Assembly: GCF_009914755.1 (NCBI RefSeq)
Contig: NC_060925.1
Strand: one strand, 5' to 3'
DNA: 64,000 bases
DNA from: the human T2T-CHM13v2.0 reference genome, Homo sapiens
Shown: positions 1 through 22,260 of the stretch, piece after piece
How the letters are laid out: each line of letters starts with the position of its first letter
Numbering within the stretch: the first letter of the stretch is position 1
Position numbers and translations under genes: made by a program
Notes under the pieces: model-generated
Told to the model about the DNA's origin: nothing
Databases searched by the model: none
The model's input: only the letters and a program-made list of their open reading frames with translations

Positions 1-345
<345 letters not shown>

Positions 346-1934
346 TAGAAACATAATTCTAAGATGAGAGTTAAATAGGTTCAAATTAGAATACAATAGA
401 TTGGGGGCATGTGCCCAAGTTTCATTTAACTCAGTGAGGGAACCAGTAGGATGAAAAAGTTAGTTGAAATGATAATATTAAAGACTTGGTTATTGTTTTT
501 TATAATGAATGGGGGAAAAAGGAATGCTGAGATAAGATTGCTAAATTAGATACAAAACTAGTCAGTTCTATAGGGCAATGAAAGTATAATCTTTAAAATT
601 ACCCTTTCTACTGGTCAGAAAAGAGAATTGTCACACTTCATCCATTTTATTTGTTAGCCTCTAGCTATAAAATTGTTTGTTATGTAGATATGTGAGCTCC
701 AAGCCATAGTGAATACAGTGTGCAACAAAATTACTTTCCCTGGAGAATTAGATGACTGTTAGGCAGCCTTTTTAAACAGTGCCCTAACATGACATTAAAA
801 GGTCATGCAGCTATCGCTTAACCTTATTTCCAAGTTTTGAATGTTCTCCTTGATAGCTGCAATAATGAATACTCTGAACTTTACTCAGAGTTAAAGCTTT
901 TTCCCTTCCTAGCATTAGTCTGGCTACCTGCAATGGCAGAGAGCTCTTCTTTCCTCTTGCACTAGACCAGAATAAAGGGGTACAAAAACAAAACCTCCCT
1001 TCACTCTCTGCCAAGCTGTGGTTGGGGTCTAGCAATCTAGGCAGCAGAATTAACAGCAGAATTAACAGCAGGATGGCATCAGATACTACTGGATAATGTT
1101 AACTATGCTGAAGAACAAATATGCTTATATGCTAAATACCAGACTGTAATGTTGTGGTGATTTCTGGGAAAAAGGAAAACTATAATAAAGTGAGAATAAA
1201 TAAAATGAAAAAAATTTTTAAGAGAAAAAAGGATAAAGATACAATAGGAATTAACATTTAATATGTGCAAAGTATTGTATCCCATTATAAACTGTTGTAC
1301 CTCCCTAAAATATGTGGCCAGTTGTACAATCTAAGATAACTCTAAAATATTACTTGGTAATTGGAATTGGATTTTATTTTTGTGAATTAAAAACTCACTA
1401 ATGAGCCTCACCCTCACAAAATTTCCACAAAACTAAGTACTTGGTTGATTTGAAATAATTTAAGGTTAAAAGTTGCTAAACATTCCAACCTTCAAAATAA
1501 GTATTCAAAATTTGCAAATCCAAGAAATTTACTGTCAGTTATTTTCATTTCCACTCAGTCTTTATAAATCCTTGTTTGTGTTTTTTCCACATAGAATAAC
1601 CTCTTACCATTTGAAATTTAGATTGTTATAGTTGAAGTTTATTTTTCTCCCCATTTTTTAGGCCACAGGAAATGGAGTCTGAAATAAAGCCACTGTATCT
1701 AAAACATTTATTTAATGGTAAAACTTGATGATTAATAGTATTATTAGCGTTTTAAAGACTATATGTTTAGAGTTTGAAGTAAAGCTCCAGTGTTAATTTA
1801 ACTTACTTTTCAAGGCTTAACGTGTTCTCATCTAAAAACAATGATGTCCAAAATTTCTGTTTTCTACTGTAAGTATTATGTATAATAAAATAGGTAGTAA
1901 ATCTATTCTAATGTGTTCTACTTATTGTCTGCAG

Positions 1935-2152
1935 AGGGACTGAAACTGGGCTGACCCTTTTGATTTCCAAACTCAGCGTTTTGGTGTAAGGCGGCCAAAG
2001 AAGGATGCGGAGCCCAGCACTGTGAAGCCTACAAAAACATTGATGCGCTGGCTTGGGGATTTGAATTTGAACATCTTTCACACTAAGTTCAGACTCATGA
2101 AACCAATCTTCAGATGCTCTGTAAACCACATAATAAAGAGTTTGGAAATTAT
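1935..2152 (+). ncRNA. LINC00467: Terminal exon of a spliced + strand transcript, probably LINC00467
   Basis: Branch-like TTCTAAT (~1906), pyrimidine tract and acceptor TTGTCTGCAG|AGGG (AG 1933-1934), unique non-repeat body, AATAAA at 2132-2137, T/GT-rich downstream element (TTTTGTTTTT). Gene name comes from recalled synteny with RD3 and recalled sequence, not from a search. Confidence 0.65.
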
Positions 2153-2342
2153 ATTTTGTTTTTGAAGGCCCACGTGCAAAACTTGAGAGCCTCAAGTCCA
2201 AGCCAGTTGTGGCAATTCTAGCCTACTTTTTTTTTATATTCAAGTGTGTTGTAGGGAAGGAGGAGAATAAGTCTGCTTTCTTGAATATTATGCCTAATTA
2301 ATTACGTATAAAATACTTTTACCAAAGTTCTATGCAAGGTAG

Positions 2343-3189
<847 letters not shown>

Positions 3190-3199
3190 TAAAAATGAT

Positions 3200-3280
3200 C
3201 ACATCATGCAGTATACCCAGGAATCAAACCTGCACATCTATCCCCTAAGTCTAAAATGAAAGTTGAAAAAAATAAAAATT
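3200..3280 (+). mobile_element. Short 3'-terminal L1 fragment (old L1P type)
   Basis: AAACCTGCACATCTATCCCCTAAGTCTAAAATGAAAGTTGAAAAAAA resembles the L1PA/L1PB 3' terminus plus A tail. Confidence 0.6.
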
Positions 3281-3310
3281 ATATAAGAAAAAAATTATCA
3301 CAGTGTTTTA

Positions 3311-3695
<385 letters not shown>

Positions 3696-3847
3696 ATTTG
3701 CCAGGTAAGCCTTTTATGTTGCCTTTGATAGTTTTATAGATCCTTGGGATTTTTGCTCACTTAGGTTTATGATTGAATGTGTATCCCATCTAACTGTGTA
3801 CTTGATATTTGCTTTTAAAACAAACTCCTGTTAGAAGTAAATGTTGA

Positions 3848-4600
<753 letters not shown>

Positions 4601-5637
4601 TTAAAAATAAAACAATATGTTGTTCATATTATCCTAATGTAGTGTTTTACTGAATAGAATTCCTTAAAGGATTCTTTTCCCCAAGGATATTAACTCAAGG
4701 TAAATTATAATAGGATTGCAGATAAATTAAGCATCTTTATCTTTGATTACAGAGATATTTAGCATATGACTATAGATAATTTCCCCTTCATATTTTCTTG
4801 GGCTTCTAGTATTTATGTATCAAGAAAATTATTTCCTTATGTTTGAAATGGTGACATTTCTGAAATGTACCAGCAGAGGATACAGGGATTTTTGTTTGTT
4901 TTTCATTTTCTTATTTACTGAAGAAATAAAGGCATTTTAGTTTATAAATGGACTGTTTCTTTTTTCCAGGAAAACTAATATTCATAATTATGGGAAAACC
5001 GTGGTCTCTTCAAAAGGGCATAATAAAATGTAGATATTAGACATTATTTCAAATCGTTTTTTGTTATTTGTAGATTAATTAAAACAGTAACCATACCTCT
5101 GGAAGACAGAATAACAGAAGTAGTTTGACTAAATGGAGTTTGAAGTAGTGCATTACTTCTCTGGATTTGTTCTTAATTTCAAGCTTGTATTTATCCATAT
5201 GAATAGTACTTTTGATGGATCAAATTATGAATAAAACTCTCACTTTCGAGAGGTATAATGCTTTCTGGGATAAAAGTTAAATCTACTGAAAGAATCATGT
5301 AAACAAAATCAAAAGCAAGAGGTAATTTAATGGAGAAGAATTTTAAAAAGATTTAAAATATGTTCTGGTGGAAAACACTGTGGACCACAGTAAGGAGACC
5401 TGCGTTCTCATGCCAATTTGTTCCTCCCAAGCTGTTTTCCTCTCCATTTTCTTCATCAGCTGAGCTTCCTGATACCAGGAAGCTGATGAAGCTTAAGCTT
5501 CAGGGCCCCTGCCAAGGCCCTGGGAGGGTCCCTAGCATGGGGCTTACATGGTCATATGCTTTTGTAACACCAAGGTGCAGGGCCAGAGGTCTTACCACAA
5601 TGTGAATCTGTCCTAGGTTGCCTGGCATTGGAAGTTA

Positions 5638-6024
<387 letters not shown>

Positions 6025-6431
6025 TCAGATACGAAAAATCGGAAAAATTGTTAGCAGAGGATTTGGGTCTCATCAATACCTAGCACAACCCTGCAGCAGT
6101 AATACAAATAGTGTACCTACATAGCTGTGTAAAGACATACTTGTGAATTTTGTATCCTATAATTAAAAAAAAATTATCAACTATGCCAGAGGAAGGACTG
6201 AATTTATATATATATAAAAAAAGATATTACAAAGTCATACAGTGAAGTGACAAAGAGTATGCATCCAAAAAAGTTGGAAAAAATAATATATAGATATGTC
6301 AAGCAGTTAATAAAAATAGAATGTTATTTTTCTGGATTTTGTTATATTTCTGCTGTGTCAAGTAAAATTTATAATTTGTAATTTCTGTTACCATTGCACA
6401 TAAATATTCACATTTAAAAGTACCTGACTTT

Positions 6432-6800
<369 letters not shown>

Positions 6801-7299
6801 CTAGTATTACCCAGCTTGTTGTATAATGAAGAGGTTAAATTATATTCAGGGATTAAAATGAAGTAAGAAGTCATGAAAATGATTTCATTCCTGAAATATC
6901 AATATAGATAATTCCATCATGTTTGGGTGAAATATCTATAAAACTAACACACTTTTAATAATTCTGACTTTCTGCTGTGATAATTCCAGTGGGTTGTTAT
7001 GCTAACAGTCTCTCTTTTCTATGCCTCATCAAAGACCTCTTCTAAAGGAGGGGATAAAGGAGGGAGAAAACCCTATCCTTTCACGTGGAAAAGTCGTATT
7101 ACCCCCTAAGCTTTAGTTTCTTCCTCTAAAAAATAAAGTTAGAAACCTCTCCCTGAGATCTGAAATATCACGGTTGAATTTCTGATGTTCCTGGATCCAA
7201 ATGCCTAGTTTTTAGTTAAAGAGATAAAACTCAAATTGATAATATTTCCTTGTTAGCATAGGTACAAATTCTATGGAGACATTGATTAAAATACAAGAC

Positions 7300-8262
<963 letters not shown>

Positions 8263-8521
8263 AGGACACAATACTCTTGCATAAAGAAACGAAACTCTGG
8301 ACAGTTCCGTTGTCGTGGGCTTTCTTATTTTCCTGCTTTGGCAATTGCTAACCAGAAAACTAGAAACCAACACAGAAAGAGGAGAAAGAGTATTTGGAGT
8401 GTCTGTATGAGTGTAAAATGTGATTGGGATTGTGGAAATACATAGATGGAGAGTTACTTATACTCCCAACCCCTCTGTATTCCAGGATGTTCACATATAT
8501 GTCATGGACTAGGAAATTGGC

Positions 8522-8874
8522 TGCTGTGGTCTAAATGTACCCCCCAAAATTCATATATTGAAACATAATTGCCAATATGCTACAATTAAGAGGTGGGGTC
8601 TTTAGAAAGTAATTAAGTCATGAGGGCAGAGCTCTTATGAATGGGATTAATGACCTTACAAAAGGTGCAAGGAAGCTGCTTGTTCCTTTTCACTCTTTCT
8701 ACCATGTTAATATGCACCAAGAAAGCACCATTTTGGAAGCAGGGAGTGACGCTGAACCTGCTGGCGCTGATCTTGGATTTTCCAACCTCCAGAACTGTGA
8801 GAAATAAATTTCTGTTGTTTATAAATTACCCACTCTAAGATATTTTGTTATAGTAGCAGGAATGGACTGAGACA
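8522..8874 (+). mobile_element. MaLR solo LTR (MSTD/MLT1A-like)
   Basis: TG...CA ends (TGCTGTGGTCTAAATG...GGACTGAGACA), CCTCCAGAACTGTGAGAAATAAATTTCTGTTGTTTATAA core, near 5-bp TSD (T/C)TGGC. Confidence 0.85.
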
Positions 8875-9084
8875 CTGGCATATTCCATAATTTGTAGATT
8901 TTATATTTTTATTGCATACAAATTGTGCTATAAATATAAATACATTATAGAAGTGACCATTTTAAAAAGACATCCCATATATTAGATTTTAAAATGCTTT
9001 GTGTGGAATTTTACAAAAAGTATAGTGAAGCACTCTTTACCTCTCAAGTATGTCACTGATAAGGGTTTATTGATATTATCATCT

Positions 9085-9510
9085 CTATTTTATTTATTTT
9101 GAGACAGAGTCTTGCTTTGTTGCTCAGGCTGGAGTGCAGTGGTGTGATCTCAGCTCACCACAACATCGCCTCCTGGGTTCAAGCGATTCTCCTGCCTCAG
9201 CCACCCGGTTAGCTGGGACTACAGGCACGCACCACTATGCCCAGCTAAATTTTTTGTATTTTTAGTAGAGATGGGGTTTCACCATGTTGGCCAGGCTGGT
9301 CTTGAACTCCAGGCCTCAAAGGCACCTCCTGGGTTGAAGTGATTCTTCTCCCTCAGCCTCCCAAGTAGCTGGGAGGCCACCACACCCGGCTAATTTTTGT
9401 ATTTTTAGTAGAGACAGGGTTTTGCCATGCTGGCCAGACTGGTCTCGAACTCCTGGCCTCAAGTGATCTGCCTGCCTTGGCCGCCCAAAGTGTGAACCAC
9501 TGCGCCCAGC
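9085..9510 (-). mobile_element. Compound Alu (one Alu fused to a partial second Alu)
   Basis: The reverse Alu middle region (GCTAATTTTTGTATTTTTAGTAGAGA) occurs twice, at ~9245 and ~9390. Confidence 0.85.
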
Positions 9511-10525
<1,015 letters not shown>

Positions 10526-10833
10526 TAGACTACAGCAGTGATTCCAAAGTTATCAAAGCATTTGGGAAACAGAATAAACAGAGATTTTAGTTCCCCACTC
10601 CAACCCATTAAAACCAGAATCTCAGTTTCTGAGGCCCTGGAAATATGTATTTTTTAATGCTTTTCAACTGGTTCCAATGATCAATCGGTATTTTCAGACT
10701 TTAGGTCCTGACCTATTTAGTTTTTAATGAAATCAATGATTTAGACTGTGACCAGAAATTTTAAAAGATAAGCAATAGAGTAGAAAATATCAATGTGCAC
10801 TTCACATAAGAATAAGTATTATTTCATGAAATC

Positions 10834-11137
<304 letters not shown>

Positions 11138-11199
11138 TCATGAAATCTTTGCCTCAGTTATATATCCATGTAATATGTATGTGCTAGGTCACAATGTAA

Positions 11200-11648
<449 letters not shown>

Positions 11649-11872
11649 GACACTTTATACTCTTAAAATTTATTAAGAAGCCCAAAGAGCTGCTGTTTAT
11701 CTGAATAGTGTCTATCAACATCTACTGTATTATGAGCTATGATGGCACCATTGCGCTACAGTCTGGGTGACAGAGACTCTGTCTCAAAAAAAGGTTTAAT
11801 TTCTGTTTTAGAAATTAAAATTGAAATTAAGAAATATAATTCATTACTAATTCGTTTAACGTAACAATTAGA

Positions 11873-12688
11873 GGAAACCCGGGTGCCACCAAGATGCCGG
11901 CTTACCACTCTTCTCTCATGGATCCTGACAACAAACTCATTGGAAACATGGCATTCTTATCTATCAAAAGTCAATTCAAAGGACCTGCCCCTAGAGAGAC
12001 AAAAGATAGAGATATTGTGGATGAAGCCATTTATTACTTCAAGGCCAATGTCTTCTTCAAAAACTATGAAATTAAGAATGAAGCTGACAGGACCTTGATA
12101 TATATACCTCTCTACATTTCTGAGTGTCTGAAGAAACTCCAAAAGTGTAATTCCAGAAGCCAAGGTGAGAAAGAAATGTATACACAGGGAATCAATAATT
12201 TTCCTGTTCCTGGAGAGCCTAGTTTTCCACTTAATGCAATTTATGCCAAACCTGCAAACAGGAAGATGAAGTGATGAGAGCCTGTTTACAACAGCTAAGG
12301 CAAGAGACTGGACTGAGACTTTGTGAGCAAGTTTTCAACCCTCAGAATGATCAACCCAGCACGTGGTGGACTTGCTTTGTGAAGAGACAGTTCATGAACA
12401 AGAGTCTTTCAGGACCTGGACAGTGAAGGGAGCCCAGGCAGCCACCATCTCCAGAGCCCTGAGCAGCATTTTCCAGCAAGATGTACACAATCTTTTGCCT
12501 TTATTTCATAAAGTTTTATACAGAAGAGAGAAGACCAGAAAAGCATGTCTTTACTTGAAAAACTCTTGATCAAGAATTCGGGTGGGAGCAAAGAAAGTGG
12601 GTTATCAAGGGTTATTTGAAATTTTCTGTAGTATTAAGCTGGCACTTAATAAGAATAATAATAAAGAAATTTCTAACATTCAAAAAAA
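11873..12688 (+). pseudogene. ARPC3P2: ARPC3 (Arp2/3 p21) processed pseudogene
   Basis: Intronless copy. ORF 11894 starts [12 protein letters not shown]...[27 protein letters not shown]. Frameshift near 12258 (short deletion in the PANKQE codons) gives an early stop at 12274; the parental C-terminus (..[14 protein letters not shown]) ends at 12426 in another frame. AATAAA 12660-12665, short A tail, TSD TAACAATTAGA (11862-11872, 12689-12699). The pseudogene number is recalled and less certain than the ARPC3 call. Confidence 0.93.
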
Positions 12689-12748
12689 TAACAATTAGAA
12701 ACTCATATATTAGCATAAATAATACACATGTTTATGAAATAATAATTA

Positions 12749-13045
12749 GGCCAGGTGTGGTGGCTCACACCTGTAATCTCAACATTTTGGGAGGGCAAAG
12801 TGTGCAGATTGCTTTAGTTTTGAGACCAGCCTAGGCAACGTGGTGAAACCCCATCTCTACTAAAAATTAGACAGTCATGGTAGCACGTGCCTGTAGTCCC
12901 AGCTACCTGGGAGGCTAAGATGGGAGGATCACCTGAGCCTAGGAGATCGAGGCTGCAGTGAACCATGATCGTACCACTGCACTCCATCCAGCCTGGGACA
13001 CAGAGTGAGACCCTGTCTTAAAAACAACAACAGCAACAAAACAAA
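12749..13045 (+). mobile_element. AluJ
   Basis: Diverged Alu dimer with GAGGCTGCAGTGAACCATGATC. Confidence 0.9.
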
Positions 13046-13085
13046 CAGTAGCTTTGTTTTAACACTTTTCAAATCTAATGTCTGG

Positions 13086-13610
13086 AGTGGTACAAACACC
13101 CTAAGGTGTTACCAGTGAGTTTTGTGAGTGCAGGAAAATCTGTGCCTTGCTTCTAGCCAAAAGAATATGGCAAAAGGGATGATACAGTGACTCCCATAAT
13201 CATATTATGTTATATAAGACTCTATCATAGCTGACTGGAGGGAGATTTCCCTGCTGGCTTTGAAGAAATAAGTGGCCATGTTGTGAGAGGACCACGTGGC
13301 AAGGACTTGTGGATGACCTCTGGTTGCTTAGAGCAGTCCTTAGCCAACAGCTAGCCATTAAATAAGGCCTTCAGTGCTACAAGACACTGAATTCTGCCTA
13401 CAACCAGCGAGCTTGGATAAGGATCTGAGCCTTAGATGAGATTGCAGCCCTGGCCAACTCCTTGATTTTAGCATTGTGAGACCCTGAGAAAAAACCCTGA
13501 GGAGCTCGTCTGAACCTAGACTCCCAACCCATGGAAAACTGATATAATAAGTGAGTGTTGTCTTAAGCTGCTAAAGTGATAATTTGTACACAGTAATAGA
13601 AAACTGATAT
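13086..13610 (+). mobile_element. MLT1E-like MaLR solo LTR
   Basis: CCCTGCTGGCTTTGAAGAA, AGATGAGATTGCAGCCCTGGCCAAC, TGTTGTCTTAAGCTGCTAAAG and end TAGAAAACTGATATA. Confidence 0.75.
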
Positions 13611-13819
13611 ATATGGCTTCTTACATTGGCTTCTGCATTCAACTATTGCAACATGTTGTTTTAATTGAAGTACATAAAGAAAATCCAGCCTCACACAGAT
13701 CAGTTATGTAGCTGGAAAAGGGAAGGTTGTATTTTAGTGGCTTTTTACGATTATCATGAATAGTCTTCTTTGCACTACATCAAAACTCAACTGGTTGTAG
13801 TTTCTTAAATGTTAGTTGG

Positions 13820-16100
<2,281 letters not shown>

Positions 16101-19047
16101 GCCCGCAATTCAGAGGTAGAAAAAGAAGTTAGTTGCAAAAAGAAGTTAGGTGGAATCTGAAATTATATCAATGATTTTCATACTTTGTTACATTAAAATT
16201 CACTGGACTATCTTGCACTATAATTGGCTCTTTTACCCATGCATGATTTTGTAACATCATGCATTGGACAATCTGAAAAATACTGGTCTGCTGAGTTATA
16301 CAGATCTTCCAAAAATTAACTCATTTAATTATACAACATAAAAATTGTATACCAGTATCACTACCAGTATTTTCAGAAAAGTCATTAAGTATTGGAAAAA
16401 TGTCAAACTCATGATGTAAGAAGAAGGAAATGAGAGTTACGGATGTGTTTTCCAAAATTATTTTTTCCTTGAGTTTTATCATTGGCAACAAATACAGTCA
16501 GATGTTTTTCTTGAAATGATAAGCTCATTTCATTCATTTTAGAGAAAATCTCTGCCAAATACTCATCTGGATAACCATATTTCTCTGTCAGTTTTTCTTT
16601 CAAATAAAAATGGTGGTCTCTGAGAAAAACAGCTATTTCAGCTTGCAACTCAATCAGTTTGAGTAGTTTTCCTTGAGAAACCACTGTACTTTGGCATGCA
16701 GATGTACTTTACACACACTTCCCATTTTGTCACACAGAATATTACAAAGATGTATACTCAAGGTTTGAGATTTAATAAAATTATTACTTTTTACTGCCTC
16801 ACCAAGAGTATTTTTCTTGAGAGGCAGAGCAAGATGGCAGAATAGAAGGCTTCACCAATCATCTCCACCACAAGGAGCCCAATTTTACAACTGTCTACAC
16901 AGAAAAGAACACCGTCATAAGAACCAAAAATCAGGTGAACACTCATAGTACCTGGTTTTAACTCCATATCGCTGAAAGAGGCACTGAAAAGATAGAAAAA
17001 ACAGTCCCAAATTGCCAACACCACCCCTTCCCCACCCCTGGCAGCAGTGGCATGGTGCGGAGAGCTGCTCTGGTCACTGGGGGAGGGAGAACACAGCAAT
17101 TGTGAGGCTGTGAACTCAGTGCTGTCCTGGTAGAGCAGAAAGGAAAACTGGACCAGACTCAGTGACACCTGCCCATGGAGGGAACATTTAAACCAGCCCT
17201 AGCCAAAGGGGAATCACAGATCACAGTGGTTGGAACTTGAGTTCCTGCAAACCTCACCACTGAGGGCTACAGTGCTCTGCGTCTCCAAGTAAACTTGAAA
17301 GACAGTGTAAGCCATAAGGACTGCAACTCTTAGGCGTGTCCTAGTGCCGAACTGGGCCCAGAGACAGTGGACTGGGGGGCCATGCAACCTACTGAGACAC
17401 CAGCTAGGGCAGCTAAGGGAGGGCTGGCATTATCCATCCCCTAGTCCCACGCTGCACAACTCACACTCCACAAGGAACCCCTTCCTTCTGCTTGAGAAGA
17501 GGAGAGGGAAGAGTGGGCAGGACTTTGTCTTGCATCTTGGATATACCAGCTCAGCCACAGCAGGATAGGGCACCGGTCAGAGTCATGAGGCCCCTGATGC
17601 AGGCCCTAGCTCCTAGGCATCATTTCTAGACACACCTTGGTCCAAAAGGAAATCTGCTGCCTTGAAGGAAATAACCCAGTCCTTGCAGCATTCATCATTT
17701 TCTAATGAAGAGCCCTTGGCCCCTGAATAACCAGCAGCGATACCCAGGTACTGCACTGAGGGCCTTGGTGAGCCTCTGAGACTTGCTGGCTTCAGGGGAG
17801 ACTCAGCATATTACCAGCTGTGATGGCTATGAGGCAAAACTCCTTCTGCTTGAGAAAAGCAGAGGGAAAAATAAAAGGGTCTTTGTTTTGCACCTTAGGA
17901 ACCAGCATGGCCACAGGGGATAGAGCATCAAGTGGACTCATGGAAACCCTAATTCTAGGACTTGACTCTTGGATGGTATTTCTGGACATGCCGTGGGCCA
18001 GAGGGGAGCCCACTGCCATAAAGGGTGAGTCCCAGGCCAGGCCGCATTCACCACAAGCTGACTTAAGAGCCTTTGGTCTTTAAGAGAACATCAGACATAG
18101 TCCAGCAGTACGCTTCATGACCCAGGGTGGTGGTGGCTACAGGGTGATGCTCCTTTGCCTTTGGAGAGGAGGGAAGAGTGGGAAGGACTCTGTCTTGTGA
18201 TTTGAGTGCCAGCTCAGCCACAGTACAATATAACGCCAGGTAGACTTCTAAGATTTTCGACTCTAGTCCCTGACTCTTGGTTGGCACCTCTGGACTCATC
18301 CAGGGCCTGCAGGACCTTGCTGCCCCAAAGGAAAGGAGACAGGCCTGGCTGGCTTTGCCACCTGCTGATTGTACAGCCCCAGGGCCTTGAGAGAACATAG
18401 GCACTAGCCAGGGAGTGGTTACAGCTGACCTTGGGCAAGACCAAGTGCTGTGCTGGCTTCAGGTCAGCAGTCATAGTGGTGGTGCAGTCATGGTGTTGGT
18501 GGCCACAGGGATGCTTGTGTCACTCCATGCCCAGCTTTAGGTGGCTCAGAACAAAGAGAAATACTCTGGGATAAAGTAAAGGAAGAGAACAAGAGTCTCT
18601 CCTGGTAATCCAGAGAAGTCTCCCAGATCTTGTCCAAGACCATCATGAGTCTTCAAGAACCACAGCATTACTGGCCTTGGGGTGCTCCCTAAAGCAGATA
18701 CAGCTTAGATCACAACACCTAGGTCCTTTCAAATATCTGGAACGCCTTCCCAAGAAGGATAGATACAAATAAGCCCAGGCAGTGAAGACTACAGTAAATA
18801 ATTCTTCAATGCCCAGACACTGAAGAACATCTACTAGCATTATCACCATCTAGGAAAACATGACCTCACCAAATGAACTAAATAAGGTACCAGGTACCAA
18901 TCCTGGAGAAAGAGATATGTGACCTTTCAGATGGATAATTTAAAATAGCTGTGTTGAGGAAACTCTAAGAAATTTAAGATAACAGAAGGAATTCAGAATT
19001 CTATCAGATAAATTTTAAAAAGAGACTAAAATAATTTTTTAAAATCA

Positions 19048-19421
<374 letters not shown>

Positions 19422-20154
19422 TCAAGCAGAAGAAAGAATTAGTGAGCTGGAAGACAGTTTATTTGAAAATACACAGAAGAGACAAAAGAAAAAATAAAAA
19501 CGCACCTACAGGATCTAGCAAATAGCTTAAAAAGGGCAAATCTAAGTGTTATTGGCCTTAAAGAGGAAGTAGAGAAGAGATAGGGGTAGAAAGTTTATTC
19601 AAAAGGGATAATAACAGAGAACTCCCCAAACCTAGAGAAAGATATCAGTATCCAAGTACAAGAAGGTTATAGAACATCAAGCAGATTTAACCCAAAGAAT
19701 GCCATCTCAAGGCATTTAATAATCAAACTCCCAAAGGTCAAAGATAAAGAAAGGACCCTAAAAGCATCAAGAGAAAAGAAACAGATAATATACATTGGAG
19801 TGCCAATACATTTAGCAGCAGATTTTTCAGTGGCCAGGAAAGAATGTCATGACATATTTGAAGTGATGAAGGAAAAAATCTTTTACCCTAGAATAGTATA
19901 TTCAGCAAAAACATTCTTCAAGCATGAAGGAGAAATAAAGACTTTCCCAGACAAACAAAAGCTGAGGGATTTCATCAACACCACACCTGTTCTACAACAA
20001 ATGCTAAAGGGAGTACTTCATTCAGGACATTAATGAGCAATAAGTGATCACCCAAAGGTACAAAACTCACTGTTAATAGTACACAGAATATTATTATGCT
20101 GTAACTGTGGTGTGTAAACTACTCATCCTAAGTAGAAAGACTAAATGATGAACC

Positions 20155-20542
<388 letters not shown>

Positions 20543-21786
20543 TTAAAAAGCAAGGGGATGAAGTTAAGGCATAGAGTTTTTATTCACTTTCTTTTTGATT
20601 GTTTCTTTATGCAAACGGTGTTAACTTGTTATCAGGTTAAAATGATGGATCATAAGATAGTATCAGCAAGCCTCATGGTAACCTCAAACCAAAAAACATA
20701 CAATAGAGACACAAAAAATAAAAAGCAAGAAACTAAATCATATCACCAAAGAAAATCATCATAACTAAAGGAAGACAAGAAGGATAAAAGAAATATTGAC
20801 TAGCCTTAAAAAGAGAAAAATAAAAAAGAAGGAAGAAAAAAACACAAAACAACCAGAAAACAAATAACAAAATGGCAGGAGTAAGTCCTTACTTATCAAT
20901 AATAATATTAAATGTAAATGGACTAAACTCTCAAGTCAAAGGCGTAGAGTGGCAGAATAGATGAATAAACAAGACCCATTGATTTATTTCTATAAGAAAC
21001 ACACTTCACCTATAAAGACCCACATAAACTGAAAATAAAGGGATGGAAAAAGATATTCCATGCCAATGGAAACCAAAAAAGAGCAGGAGTTGGTATACTT
21101 ACATCAAACAAATAAATTTCAAGACCAAAACTATAAGAAGAGGCAAAGAAAGTCTCTATATAATGATAAAGGGGTCAATTCAGCAAGAGAATATAACAAT
21201 TTTAAATATATATGCACCCAACACTGGATCACCCACATATATAAAGCAAATATTATTGGAGCTAAAGAGAGAGATAGGCCTTGATATGATAATAGCTGGA
21301 GACTTCAGGACCCCACTTTCAGCATTGGACAGATCTTCCAGACAGAAAATCAACAAAGAAACATCAGACTTAATCTACACTGTAGACCAAATGGATCTAA
21401 TAGATATTTACAGAACATTTCATCCAACAGCTGCAGAATACACATACTTTTCCTCAACACATGATTATTCTCAAGGATAGACCATATGTTAGGTTATGAA
21501 ACAAGTCTTAAAACATTCAAAAAAATTTAAGCATCTTCTCTGACCACAATGGAATAAAACTAGAAATTAATAACATGAGGAATCTTGGAAACTATGCAAA
21601 TATATGGAAATTAAACAATATCCTCCTGAATGACCAGTGGGTCAATGAAGAAATTTAGAAGGAAATTGAAAAGCTTCTTGAAACAAATGATTATGGAAAC
21701 ACACATACCAAAACATAGGATACAGCAAAAGCAGTACTAAGAGGGAATTTATAGCTACAAGTGCCTACATCAAAAAAGAGGAAGAC

Positions 21787-21790
21787 TTTC

Positions 21791-21849
<59 letters not shown>

Positions 21850-21988
21850 CTTTCTTTCTTTCTTTCTTTCTCTTTCTTTCTTTCTTTCTTTCTTTCCTTT
21901 CTTTTCTTCTTTTCTTTCTTTCTCTCTCTTTTTTTCCTTTCTTTTCTTCTTTTCTTTCTTTCTTTCTTTTCTTTTCTTTTTTTTTTTT
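21787..21988. repeat. (TTTC)n / pure pyrimidine tract of about 200 bp, an expanded Alu tail
   Basis: Directly visible; adjoins the minus-strand AluJ at 21989-22260. Confidence 0.95.
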
Positions 21989-22260
21989 GAGACAGAGTCT
22001 CACTCTGTCACCTGTCACCCAGGCTGGAGTGCAATGGCACAATCACAGCTCACTGCAGCTGAGACCTTCCAGGCTCAGGTGATCCTCCCACTTCAGGCCC
22101 CTCAAGGAGCTGGGACTACAGGTGTGTGCCATCACACCTGGCTAATTTTTTGTAGAGATAGGGCTTTGCCATGTTTCCAAGGCTGGTCTCAAACTCCTGA
22201 GCTCAAGTGACCTGCCCACCTCGGCCTCCCAAAGTGCTAGGATTACATGTGTGAGCCACC
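21989..22260 (-). mobile_element. AluJ inside L1MA1 ORF2
   Basis: Reverse Alu dimer; the host L1 resumes at GAAAACTTCAAATAAACAA. Confidence 0.9.

Noticed and set aside
1043-1071. Short tandem duplication CAGCAGAATTAA x2
   Set aside because: Ordinary micro-duplication with no further structure.
16409-16684. Domesticated hAT transposase gene
   Set aside because: Short decayed fragment of a non-autonomous Charlie1a, cut by L1 insertions on both sides.
21761-22210. Phe/Ser-rich and Lys/Glu/Arg-rich ORFs
   Set aside because: Translations of the (TTTC)n tract.
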